Positions 8,938 through 17,604 of a DNA stretch of 41,906 nucleotides are shown in pieces. The notes beneath the pieces were generated by a model. It was not told the origin of the DNA, made no database searches, and worked only from the letters and a program-made list of their open reading frames with translations. The number at the start of each line of letters is the position of its first letter. The first letter of the stretch is position 1. The stretch lies in contig JBDHJS010000033.1 in assembly GCA_039586795.1 (NCBI GenBank), positions 1 to 41,906 of the forward strand, in the 5' to 3' direction. The position numbers and the translations under genes were made by a program. Source of the DNA: Gemmatimonadota bacterium. Its GTDB lineage: Bacteria; Gemmatimonadota; Gemmatimonadetes; Palauibacterales; KS3-K002.

Positions 8938-10107
8938 TCACAGGTCGCGGCCGGGCCTCTTGTGAAAGCCGAAATTGTAGTTCACGGCGAAGATGAACAG
9001 GTGCTGGTTGGGAACCAGATTGTTGTTCGCGCCCTCGTAGAATCCGCCGTCGGGACCCGTTGAACGGTCGAATCGGTATTCCGCGCGCACCGACAGCTCA
9101 TTCAGCCTGACTGTTGTCAGCCGGTATTGAAGCGTCGCGGTGATCGCGCCGATCGACTGGCGCGCACCGGTCTGTAGCCCGTCCTCATCGCGAAAGAACT
9201 CCGGGCGTACACCAGCGGCCCACGGTTGCGCATCGGGCTGCCAGTACAGCCATAGCGCGCCCCATGCCCAATCATGGCGAGGGTTCCCCGTCAACGCCGC
9301 CTGCTTCTCGGTGCCGTACCCCAGATTGCCGACCAGGTGGAAATCGCCGATGCGCCACTGGCCGATGGCTTCGGCGGCGAAGCGCCAGAACTCGAGCGCG
9401 GTTTCCTCCTGTTCGGGTCCGTAGTAGAAGTTACCACGCAGCCAGGCCGCTTCATCCACGTCCCACTCGAGCTGCGCGCCATAGCTCGGCACGTTGTTGG
9501 GCGACTCCAGGTAGTTCCACCCGTTGACCACCAACAGCTTGCTTCTAAACGAGCCGTCGTAGGGGTACACAGCGCCCACACCCCACTCGAAGTACGGAAC
9601 GTAATCGACCCCGTAGACGCGGGTGTACGTTGGATTCTCCATCGCCTGGAAGCTCTCGAAGCCGATGTGGCCCGGAATCAATCCTCCCGCTAGCAACAGT
9701 TCGTGGCTCCCCACAGAGGCGAGGTAGCTTAGATAGGTGTAGGACAGATGCTTGAGAACATCGGCAGCGTCTCCGGCGCTGGCCGATGCCTGGTTGTCAA
9801 TATCCTCGCCCGCCTGAAAACCGAGACGAAATCCCCAGCGCGATTCCGTCGTTGGACGCTTCTCGCCCCACAGTGTCGCGTTGTTGAGTTCTATGCGATC
9901 GACGATCGGCGTCGTCCCCTTGCTGCGCCACAAGTGGTTGGCCGGTCGATTGTCGCTAAGCAGATAAGCGACATCGAGGTAGACGCCGCCGGCAAGCGTG
10001 GCCGAGTCAGGTTCCTGAGCTTCGCCAACCGCGGGCCACGCCGCACCCACCAAGGCCACCATCAGGCCCTGCAACAACCGGCTATGGAATACGGAGAGAC
10101 TGAGCAT
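8938..10107 (-). CDS. Outer-membrane beta-barrel protein (BBP2/OmpL-like porin)
   Basis: Signal peptide, amphipathic aromatic-rich strands, HIGFES, VVNGW, RPEFFRD, RAEYRFD motifs. Confidence 0.8.
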   Translation of the reverse strand: MLSLSVFHSRLLQGLMVALVGAAWPAVGEAQEPDSATLAGGVYLDVAYLLSDNRPANHLWRSKGTTPIVDRIELNNATLWGEKRPTTESRWGFRLGFQAGEDIDNQASASAGDAADVLKHLSYTYLSYLASVGSHELLLAGGLIPGHIGFESFQAMENPTYTRVYGVDYVPYFEWGVGAVYPYDGSFRSKLLVVNGWNYLESPNNVPSYGAQLEWDVDEAAWLRGNFYYGPEQEETALEFWRFAAEAIGQWRIGDFHLVGNLGYGTEKQAALTGNPRHDWAWGALWLYWQPDAQPWAAGVRPEFFRDEDGLQTGARQSIGAITATLQYRLTTVRLNELSVRAEYRFDRSTGPDGGFYEGANNNLVPNQHLFIFAVNYNFGFHKRPGRDL

Positions 10108-10300
10108 CCGGGTTCCTCTGGACGGCTTTTGCTGTCATCGCGTTATTCCAAAACGAGGACGGGCTAAGGATACGGGACGTACTGTAGTCCGCGCCAGACG
10201 GTCGCCAATCGACTGAAACTTCAACAGGTCTGCGCCGTAGGTTAAGCAGGCGAGTGCCGACCTCGTGCGATGGCAGGCAAAGGAAGGTTAGGCGCCAAGG

Positions 10301-11452
10301 ATGAGAAACAAGCGCTGGCTCTGGACCGTCACGTTATCGATCGCCCTGTATTCTTACCTCACCGGCTGTTCACCGAAAGAAGCACCGCAAGAACTGGATT
10401 TCGCAAGAAGCAACCAGGCATTCCCAGCAGCCGCCACGAATCAGATAGCCTTGGCTGACCTTGATAGTGATGGCGACCTGGACGCGGTCTTCTCTATCAT
10501 GCAGCTCGATCACTCCACTGTCTGGATGAATGATGGGGACGGCCGATTCGTCGACTCAGGTCAACGGCTCACCCAGCAAGGGCATGGCGTCGGGATCGGT
10601 GACCTTGATGGGGACGGCGATCAGGACCTGTTCATGACCTGTGCCGGCTGGGGAGAAGGCGGCACCGAGTACTCCAAACCCTCGAAGATCTACTTCAACG
10701 ACGGAACGGGTGGGTTCGAAGATTCCGGTCAGCATCTGAGAGATACCGAACCCAGTGGCAATTCTGTTGACCTGTTGGACTATGATTCCGACGGCGATCT
10801 GGATGCGTATGTCACATACTACCAGCTTCCCGACAAGATCTACCTGAACGACGGGAGAGGGCGCTTCACGAACAGCGGTATCAGCGTTCCCGAGAAGGTG
10901 AGTTGGGCCGATTTGGACTCCGATGGCGATGTGGACATGTTCGTTAGAACTACCGGCGTGGGCTTCAGCACCGCGATCAACGACGGCAGCGGTTCATTCG
11001 AGGAGCGCTGGTCGTTCCCCGATACGACAATCGCCTACGCGCTGGCCCACTTTGGAGATTTGGACGACGATGGCGATATGGATGTGGTCACCACACATGG
11101 GTTACTCAGTGGCAGCCATCCGACGCGGATCTTCATGAATGACGGCACGGGCCGATTCTCTCTGTCGGCCGCAGCACTACCACCTGTGGTGGCCGGACGC
11201 GCCGCTTTTGCAGACATGGATGGTGACGGGAACGTGGATATCCTGCTTACGAGCCTGGGGGAGCCGCACAGAATCTGGCTTGGTGATGGAGAGGGCGGTC
11301 TTGTCGACAGTGGTATCCGGCTGGAGAACTCGGGTGGTGTCCACAGCCCGCTAGTGAAGGATCTGAACGGCGATGGCCGGCCCGATATTTTCGTAGCCCA
11401 CTATGCTCGCGAAAAAGGTCCGAATGAAATCTGGTTCAATCAAGCGCGGTGA
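10301..11452 (+). CDS. FG-GAP/VCBS repeat beta-propeller lipoprotein
   Basis: Lipobox LTGC; seven D[L/Y/M]xxDGxxD repeats each followed by an N/GDG.G.F-type turn or terminal WFN. Confidence 0.9.
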   Translation: MRNKRWLWTVTLSIALYSYLTGCSPKEAPQELDFARSNQAFPAAATNQIALADLDSDGDLDAVFSIMQLDHSTVWMNDGDGRFVDSGQRLTQQGHGVGIGDLDGDGDQDLFMTCAGWGEGGTEYSKPSKIYFNDGTGGFEDSGQHLRDTEPSGNSVDLLDYDSDGDLDAYVTYYQLPDKIYLNDGRGRFTNSGISVPEKVSWADLDSDGDVDMFVRTTGVGFSTAINDGSGSFEERWSFPDTTIAYALAHFGDLDDDGDMDVVTTHGLLSGSHPTRIFMNDGTGRFSLSAAALPPVVAGRAAFADMDGDGNVDILLTSLGEPHRIWLGDGEGGLVDSGIRLENSGGVHSPLVKDLNGDGRPDIFVAHYAREKGPNEIWFNQAR

Positions 11453-11468
11453 ACCGCTGTTGCGAAAC

Positions 11469-11721
11469 GTTCACATCCCACTCGAGCTGTCCGCCATAGC
11501 TTGGCAGGTTGTTGGGCGATGCAAGATAGTCCCAACCATTGACCACGAGCAGCTTGCCCCGGACCGTGCCGTCGTAAGGATACTCGGCGCTCACGCCCCG
11601 GGATGAGACCACCCGTCAGGAGCGTCGCGTTGTTCAGCTCGAGTCGATCGACGATCGGCGTCGTCTCCTTGGTGCGCCACAGGTGATTGGCGGGGCGGTT
11701 GTCCGATAGAAGGTAGGCGAC
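11469..11721 (-). pseudogene. Internally deleted paralog of the 8938-10107 porin
   Basis: Three colinear blocks match the intact gene: VAYLLSDNRPANHLWRTKETTPIVDRLELNNATL | LTGGLIPG | (frame change) GVSAEYPYDGTVRGKLLVVNGWDYLASPNNLPSYGGQLEWDVN. Confidence 0.88.
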
Positions 11722-11732
11722 CGTGATGCCTC

Positions 11733-13220
11733 TCACTCTTCACTCCCCCGCAGGTACGTCTCGAAAAACCCCGGACCGCGCTCCGCAATCCGCCGTCCGC
11801 CGATCACGCCACCAATCGCCAACACGCCCTGCATCTGAGCGAAGTACACATCAGCGTCGCCGCCGAGCGTCAGTCGCGAGAGCGCGACCTTCTCGAGTTC
11901 GATCTCGACCGTCACGCTATCGCCCGATCCCACCGCCGTCCAACTCAGCCGCTCCGGCACCGATACCGGCTCTCCCCGGTACAAAACGATCTGCTCGCCG
12001 GAATAGCGCAGCTCCTCCGGCTCGAGCACCGCCGCCACGCCCAGCGAGTCGACGATGTAGCCGAGGAAGCGAACGCCGGCGCGGCGTGCCTCGTCGGCGA
12101 ACTCGCCCTGCACGCCGCCGTACAACACATCGAGGTCGCCGGCGTGGGCCACGCCCCAATCCCAGACGACGCCGCCCCAGGTCCCCCAGTTGTGGTCGTG
12201 GTAGGCGATGGTCTCATCCACCGGTAGACAACGCTCGCCCCAGCAGACGGAGCCGCCCGCCGCGGCGCGCAACGCCGGCACCACGTAGCCGCTCAAAAAC
12301 GAGTCGGCGGCCGCCAGCTCGGCGGGCGGGAAGAAGCGGTGCGGCCCGGGCTGCAGCTCGATGTCTATGTCCAGCGGCGGTCCGCCCGCCACGGCCGGCA
12401 GTCGCGCCTGAACGCGGTAGCGAAGCGGATCGCCCAGCAGCTGCACCGAGTGCGCGCCGAAGGTGAGGTCGGCGCCGGAAGTGGAGAACTCAATGCGCTC
12501 CGACGGGATCGTGTCGGCGAACGTGTGGTGCCGGCCGTCCGGCGTGCGGTAGCTGGCTAGCACGATACCGCCCCAGCGCTCGCCCAGGATGTCGCCGCCC
12601 TGGATGTACGAGAGGTAAAGCCAGCGATCGGTGTCCGGCCACAGCAGGTTGAAGTAGTGCCACTCGGCCCAGGTCGTGTCGCCGCTCACACGCGCCGGCG
12701 GCTGGTGGAAGCGGTCGATCTCCGAGTACAGTTCGACCGGCGTCGGCGACAGCCAGCGCCGATCGCTCTCGCTGTCTTCCCAGGACCCGCTGACGAGCTC
12801 GGACGGCGCGCCCAGCGCCTCCGCGGCCGACGGGATAACACCGCTGCTTCGCACGGCGACCGGTGTCTGGGACGAGCGCCTTCGCAGGTAGACGGCACGG
12901 TCTTCGATCCACGGAGCCAGCGCTTCGATCTCTCCGGCCAGCCGCGGCCCGCCGAGGATCTCTCGGGCGATGAAGCGCGCCTGCTCGATCCCGAAGAACA
13001 CCGCGCCGCCGGTGCGCAGCGTCTCCAGGTCGACGCCCACCGGTAGCACCGTGACGTCCCCGCCGCCCACCCACTGCTCGTCGCGCGACTGCTCGACCAT
13101 CACCTCGCCGATGGAGAGGAGCGCGAGCATCACCGACACGCCTGCCGCGTAGGCGCCCACGAACACGAGGGAGCGAATCGGATGCAGCGCCAGGTGGCGG
13201 AGTACGAGGCGAAGAATCAT
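11733..13220 (-). CDS. Fusion of a MacB/LolC-type permease N-half (TM1 + part of periplasmic domain) and an AttH/CrtC-like lipocalin-fold domain
   Basis: N-term LVLRHLALHPIRSLV...GVSVML; WAEWHYFN and YHDHNWG..WDW motifs; no C-terminal FtsX TM bundle; start overlaps the ATPase stop. Confidence 0.75.
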   Translation of the reverse strand: MILRLVLRHLALHPIRSLVFVGAYAAGVSVMLALLSIGEVMVEQSRDEQWVGGGDVTVLPVGVDLETLRTGGAVFFGIEQARFIAREILGGPRLAGEIEALAPWIEDRAVYLRRRSSQTPVAVRSSGVIPSAAEALGAPSELVSGSWEDSESDRRWLSPTPVELYSEIDRFHQPPARVSGDTTWAEWHYFNLLWPDTDRWLYLSYIQGGDILGERWGGIVLASYRTPDGRHHTFADTIPSERIEFSTSGADLTFGAHSVQLLGDPLRYRVQARLPAVAGGPPLDIDIELQPGPHRFFPPAELAAADSFLSGYVVPALRAAAGGSVCWGERCLPVDETIAYHDHNWGTWGGVVWDWGVAHAGDLDVLYGGVQGEFADEARRAGVRFLGYIVDSLGVAAVLEPEELRYSGEQIVLYRGEPVSVPERLSWTAVGSGDSVTVEIELEKVALSRLTLGGDADVYFAQMQGVLAIGGVIGGRRIAERGPGFFETYLRGSEE

Positions 13221-13903
13221 CAGTCGACCGCCGGCTTCAGCGTACCGTCGCGCATGCGGCGCACTACCGATGCCGCTTCGGCGAGCGCCGGGTCGTGGGT
13301 GACCACGACGAGCGTCGTGCCGTCGGCGTTCAGCCGCCGGAACAGCTCGGCGATCTCGCCGCCCGTGTCCTGATCCAGCTCGCCGGTGGGCTCGTCCGCC
13401 AGGATGATCTGCGGCCGATTAGCCAGCGACCGGGCGATGCCGACGCGCTGCATCTCGCCGCCGGAAAGCTGGCCCGGGCGGTGATCGATACGATGACCCA
13501 ATCCCACGTAGTCGAGCAGCTCTGCAGCGCGCTCGCGGCGTTCGCCCCGCGGTGTTCCCGCTTCGGCCATCGGTAGCTCCACGTTCTCCATCGCCGTCAG
13601 CGCAGGCAGCAGATGAAAGCGCTGGAACACGAAGCCGACCTTCTCCAGGCGCAGACGCGTGAGTCGGCGATCGCTTAGGGCGCGCGTGTCGTGACCCAGC
13701 AGGCTGACGTTTCCCGAACTGGGAAGATCGATGCCGCCCAGCAGATTGAGCAGCGTCGACTTGCCCGATCCACTGGGCCCCACCACCGCGACGTAATCGG
13801 CCTCGTGGATCTTCAGGTCAACCGCGCGCACCGCACGCACCTCCGTGCTGCCGCGCATATACGTGCGAGTCAGGTCTCGCGCCTCGGCGACGAGTTCCAT
13901 CAT
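13220..13903 (-). CDS. ABC transporter ATP-binding protein, LolD/MacB type
   Basis: [32 protein letters not shown]. Start at ATG 13903 (ATGA overlap with the upstream stop). Confidence 0.93.
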   Translation of the reverse strand: MMELVAEARDLTRTYMRGSTEVRAVRAVDLKIHEADYVAVVGPSGSGKSTLLNLLGGIDLPSSGNVSLLGHDTRALSDRRLTRLRLEKVGFVFQRFHLLPALTAMENVELPMAEAGTPRGERRERAAELLDYVGLGHRIDHRPGQLSGGEMQRVGIARSLANRPQIILADEPTGELDQDTGGEIAELFRRLNADGTTLVVVTHDPALAEAASVVRRMRDGTLKPAVD

Positions 13904-15096
13904 TCGATTTCCTCTCTGAGCACCATCGATATGTTGACGCTGGCAGCGCGCCACGCCGGATAGAGTCCGGCCAGCAGGCCCGTGCCGACGAGCAGCGACA
14001 CGACCGTGGCCAGGTCGCCGCCCTGTAGCACGAAGAACGAGACGTCGGCCGGCAAGCCGGGGAAGTCGGTGAGGATGCGGTCCAGATAGCGGGCGACGAC
14101 CAGGCCGACGCACAGTCCGACCAGCGTACCGGCAACGCTGATCAGCAAACCTTGCCAGGCAACTTGCGTCAGCATCCGCCCGCGCGTCACGCCCAACGCC
14201 CGCAGCGCCGCGATCTCGCCCCACCGCTCGTTGACCGAGAGCGTGAGCAGCGTGGTGACGAGCAAGAACGCCACACCCAGGCTCACCGTGCCCAGCACCA
14301 GCGAGAGCTGCTGGAAGTAGGACAGGCGATCACCCGCCGCCTCGATGATCTCCGGGATGGCGTAGACATCGACGTTGTCGAAGCGCCCACGAAACTCGCG
14401 GGCCACGTCGTAAGCATCGGCTTCGCGATGCACGCGTACCAGCAGCAACGCCGCGGGCTCCGATTCGCTGCCGGCCATCGCCCACATGTCATCGATGACA
14501 AGACCGACGTTGTACGTGCCCTCGGCGCTGAACGTAAAGTTGGCCACGCCTGACACGCGTGCGATCCGCCGGCGCCGCAAAGCGCCCACCGCCGGGTCCG
14601 GATCCACGCCGACGAGCACCGAGTCGCCCACCGCGAGGCCGAGCCGCTCCGCCAGGTTGTCATCGACGATTATTTCGCCGGACGACTCCACCGTACGGCC
14701 ATCGTCGATGCGCAATGCAGGCGCCGCGCCGGCCGGCGCGCCATAACCGAACGCTGCGATCGGGCGGTCGGACCGCTCGGGCCTCGAGACGTATACGGTC
14801 TGGCCCCAGAACGGTATCGACTCCGCCACGCGGTCGTCCGCCGCGAAGGCGTCGGCGAGCGCCCGCGAGTCCCGGAGTGCGGCGCCGCTCTCGAACGGCA
14901 GCAATCCCTTCGGAACGACGCGCACCTGGTAGCCCGTCGCCTCCAGCAAATCGGACAGGCTGCGCTGCAGGCCGGCGGCCAGCATCACCATGTCGAGGAG
15001 AACGGCGGCGGCGACGGTGACGCCGGCGACGAACAGAACAAGTCGGCGGGGTCGGCGCACCAGCGTGCGCCACGCGAGGGAGAGGGCGTTGCTCAC
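13900..15096 (-). CDS. ABC transporter permease, MacB/FtsX (LolC/E-like), full length
   Basis: LAWRTLVRRPRR TM1, periplasmic domain, SVNERWGEIAALRALG, AGLYPAWRAA. GTG start at 15096 (GTGA overlap). Confidence 0.9.
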   Translation of the reverse strand: MSNALSLAWRTLVRRPRRLVLFVAGVTVAAAVLLDMVMLAAGLQRSLSDLLEATGYQVRVVPKGLLPFESGAALRDSRALADAFAADDRVAESIPFWGQTVYVSRPERSDRPIAAFGYGAPAGAAPALRIDDGRTVESSGEIIVDDNLAERLGLAVGDSVLVGVDPDPAVGALRRRRIARVSGVANFTFSAEGTYNVGLVIDDMWAMAGSESEPAALLLVRVHREADAYDVAREFRGRFDNVDVYAIPEIIEAAGDRLSYFQQLSLVLGTVSLGVAFLLVTTLLTLSVNERWGEIAALRALGVTRGRMLTQVAWQGLLISVAGTLVGLCVGLVVARYLDRILTDFPGLPADVSFFVLQGGDLATVVSLLVGTGLLAGLYPAWRAASVNISMVLREEIE

Positions 15097-15920
15097 GGCT
15101 GTCGGAGCCGCGTGGAGCGTGTCCGCACCATCTGCAGACCCGCGATGATACCGACGACGGTGCCCGTGGCCAATCCAATGATCGCCGCCAGAACGGCGAG
15201 GTCGGGCGTGACCTTGGCGAACGCCATCGTCGTGTCGTAGACGCCGCGGAAGTAGAGGTTGACCAGGCCGGAGCCCGCCCAGCCGACGCCCAAGCCGACG
15301 CCGGTTCCCACTGCCGCCATGGCCAGCGTCTCGCTGAACGTCCAGAGGAACAGGGTACGGCGCGAGATCCCGACATCGCGCATCGCGGCGCCCTCCAGCC
15401 GGCGCTCCTCGATCTTCAGCACGACGAGGCAAAGCAGGAAGACGGCGCTGCCGGTGATCGTGATCCCCGCCAGCGCGCGATGGAACCGCGAGACGACCCG
15501 GAACGTCTCCGACGTGGCGCTCGCCACGGTCTCTGAGGGAAACGCATCCGCACCGAAGGCGAGGCGGTCGATCTCGGCGATCACGGCTTCAGGCGACGCG
15601 CCGGGCCGCAGTCGTACGCTGAACCGGTCGACCCGGTCACCGACGCCCAGCAACTCTTGCAGGTCGGGCAGGTGGAGGATGGCGCGGTAGTCGCGCAACG
15701 TGACGGTGGATGGATCGGCAGGCCGCCGGTAGGTGCCGGCCACTACGAAGGGACGCTCGTCGGAGTCGAGCCCGGAGATCCACACCGTGTCACCAGGTGT
15801 GACGCTCAGTACGCGGGCCGTCCGCTGCTCGAGCAGCAGTTCGGGCAGCGGCTCGTCGGTCTGGCTCGCGGCTCTGCCGGCTGCCGCGAGCAGGAGAAGG
15901 AATGGGATGGCGTAGAGCAC
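15093..15920 (-). CDS. FtsX-family permease C-half with its own signal peptide
   Basis: MLYAIPFLLLLAAAGRAASQ leader, then PELLLEQRTARVLSVTPGDTV and KIEERRLEGAAMRDVG plus three TM helices. Confidence 0.82.
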   Translation of the reverse strand: MLYAIPFLLLLAAAGRAASQTDEPLPELLLEQRTARVLSVTPGDTVWISGLDSDERPFVVAGTYRRPADPSTVTLRDYRAILHLPDLQELLGVGDRVDRFSVRLRPGASPEAVIAEIDRLAFGADAFPSETVASATSETFRVVSRFHRALAGITITGSAVFLLCLVVLKIEERRLEGAAMRDVGISRRTLFLWTFSETLAMAAVGTGVGLGVGWAGSGLVNLYFRGVYDTTMAFAKVTPDLAVLAAIIGLATGTVVGIIAGLQMVRTRSTRLRQP

Positions 15921-15951
15921 GCCCTAGGCTATGTGCGGCGTCATAGCGTGT

Positions 15952-15985
15952 AAAGCCCCGCAGAACCGATGGACTGCGGGGCTTT
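15952..15985. terminator. Terminator-like hairpin in a divergent intergenic region
   Basis: AAAGCCCCGCAG (15952-15963) / CTGCGGGGCTTT (15974-15985). Confidence 0.55.
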
Positions 15986-16115
15986 CACTTCCCGCTGCTT
16001 TCTTGCAGTCTGACGCTCCGAATCCTATCGTCTTCTTTCGTGGCAGCCGCTAGCCTTGATTGGCTGGCCTCTCGACAACGCATCAAGAGATCATCCAATA
16101 CGCGCGTACTATACC

Positions 16116-16688
16116 ATGCTCGTACTTCCCCTGTTCTTAGCCCTCTGGTCCATGACTGCGTCTCAGCAACCGGATTCCCTGGTGCTCATCGACTTTGCCA
16201 GCCCCAAGGCTGGCGACTGGTTTGTAGTCAACGACGGCGTCATGGGCGGCTTGTCCTCCAGTACTATGGAACTCTCCGCCGAAGGTACCGGCGTCTTCGC
16301 CGGTCGTTTGTCCCTCGAGAACAACGGTGGATTCGCTTCCGTCCGCACCGTCATCGCGTCCGGCGATCTCTCAGCCTACGTCGGGTTGGCACTTCGCGTA
16401 CGGGGGGATGGCCGTCGCTACCAACTGCGCCTTCGGACGGATAGCGGCTTTGACGGGCTGGCCTATCGTGCGGAATTCGACACCCAGGCGGGAAGTTGGA
16501 TCACGGTGGTCCTGCCGTTCGACAGCTTTACGCCGACCTTTCGCGGGTACGTTCCGCGGAATGCACCGCCACTCGACCCGGATGCAATTCGTCAACTGGG
16601 TCTTCTAATTGGAGACAAACGAGAGGGTGCATTTCGACTGGAAGTACAGCGTATCGTCGCGCTGCATGAACTACCGCAGGATCCGTAG
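16116..16688 (+). CDS. CIA30 family protein, exported
   Basis: W..VNDGVMGGLS, LSLENNGGFASVR, RGDGRRYQL, F.PTFRG. Start at ATG 16116 gives a signal peptide. Confidence 0.9.
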   Translation: MLVLPLFLALWSMTASQQPDSLVLIDFASPKAGDWFVVNDGVMGGLSSSTMELSAEGTGVFAGRLSLENNGGFASVRTVIASGDLSAYVGLALRVRGDGRRYQLRLRTDSGFDGLAYRAEFDTQAGSWITVVLPFDSFTPTFRGYVPRNAPPLDPDAIRQLGLLIGDKREGAFRLEVQRIVALHELPQDP

Positions 16689-16774
16689 AACCGTGTCCGT
16701 AGTCCTGACCGACGAGAGGAAGAAGGCGGTGAACGGCGAGCGGTCGGCGTTGCGCATTCGCGGCTGACGGCTAT

Positions 16775-17595
16775 ATGAGAAAAGCCACGAGTGCCCTAAG
16801 TTCAACCGTGGCGCTACTGCTCGTCCACTCCCCGCTCTTGGGCCAGAACCAGGTGCTGGCCGAATTTCCGATAGCGCCAAGGTCGACCTGTCTCACTTCG
16901 AGCAACTTTCGCCCGTCCTCGTTCCCGGCGCGGGATCGGGGGCCGCATCGCAAGCCTTGAGCGATTCGGCGGCAAGTTTCCGTGCCGGCACTCTGGATTT
17001 TGAAGAGCAGCGAGTCATCATTCTCACCGGAGACCGCTTCGGCGGCTTTCCGACGGATGGCGTGATCGGCTACTCGATACTTGGTCACTACGCCGTCGAG
17101 ATAGACTACGACACCAAGCGGATGACACTCTACGAAGCCGACGCGTTCTCACCGGGAGAAGGCTGGCAGTCCTTCGACATCTACTTCAAGGCCAACGAGA
17201 TACCGTGGATTGAGATCTCGATGACGACCGCGGGCGAAGAACCGATCCAGCTTTCTGCCTATATCGATTTCGCGTCGGGAGAAGCCCTCGAGCTATTGGA
17301 GAGGCAGAGCAACTCGTTCACGCTGCCTGACGAGCTGAAGGATGGGTATATAGGTCGAGGGCTGAGCGGAGACATCCACGGAAAGGAAGGACGTGTATCC
17401 AGAGTTATTCTGGGCCCATTCGATCTCAGAGATGTCGTCGTAACGATCGTTCCAGCGAAGGTACGCTCACAGCAAGACGGTGCGGACGCCATCATCGGTA
17501 ATGATCTGCTCCGCCGCTTCAACATCATCTTCGACTACACACACCACAAGGTCCACCTCAAGACCAACAGCTCTCTCGCGGAACCCTTCGAGTAA
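16775..17595 (+). pseudogene. Retropepsin-like aspartyl protease family gene disrupted by frameshift/internal deletion
   Basis: Signal peptide + QNQVLAEFP in one frame, continuing in another frame from about 16870 (DSAKVDL...VPGAGSG...DGVIGYSIL..VEIDYD...DAIIGNDLLRRF.IIFDY); first-domain D[T/S]G motif absent. Confidence 0.7.
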
Positions 17596-17604
17596 CGCGC
17601 TACG

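Noticed and set aside
10301..11452. Recurring GACGGCGAT-like DNA repeats as a CRISPR or tandem array
   Set aside because: Explained by FG-GAP protein repeats; no identical repeats with spacers.
16689..16770. Possible C-terminal gene relic VSVVLTDERKKAVNGERSALRIRG*
   Set aside because: No recognisable family; could be chance.
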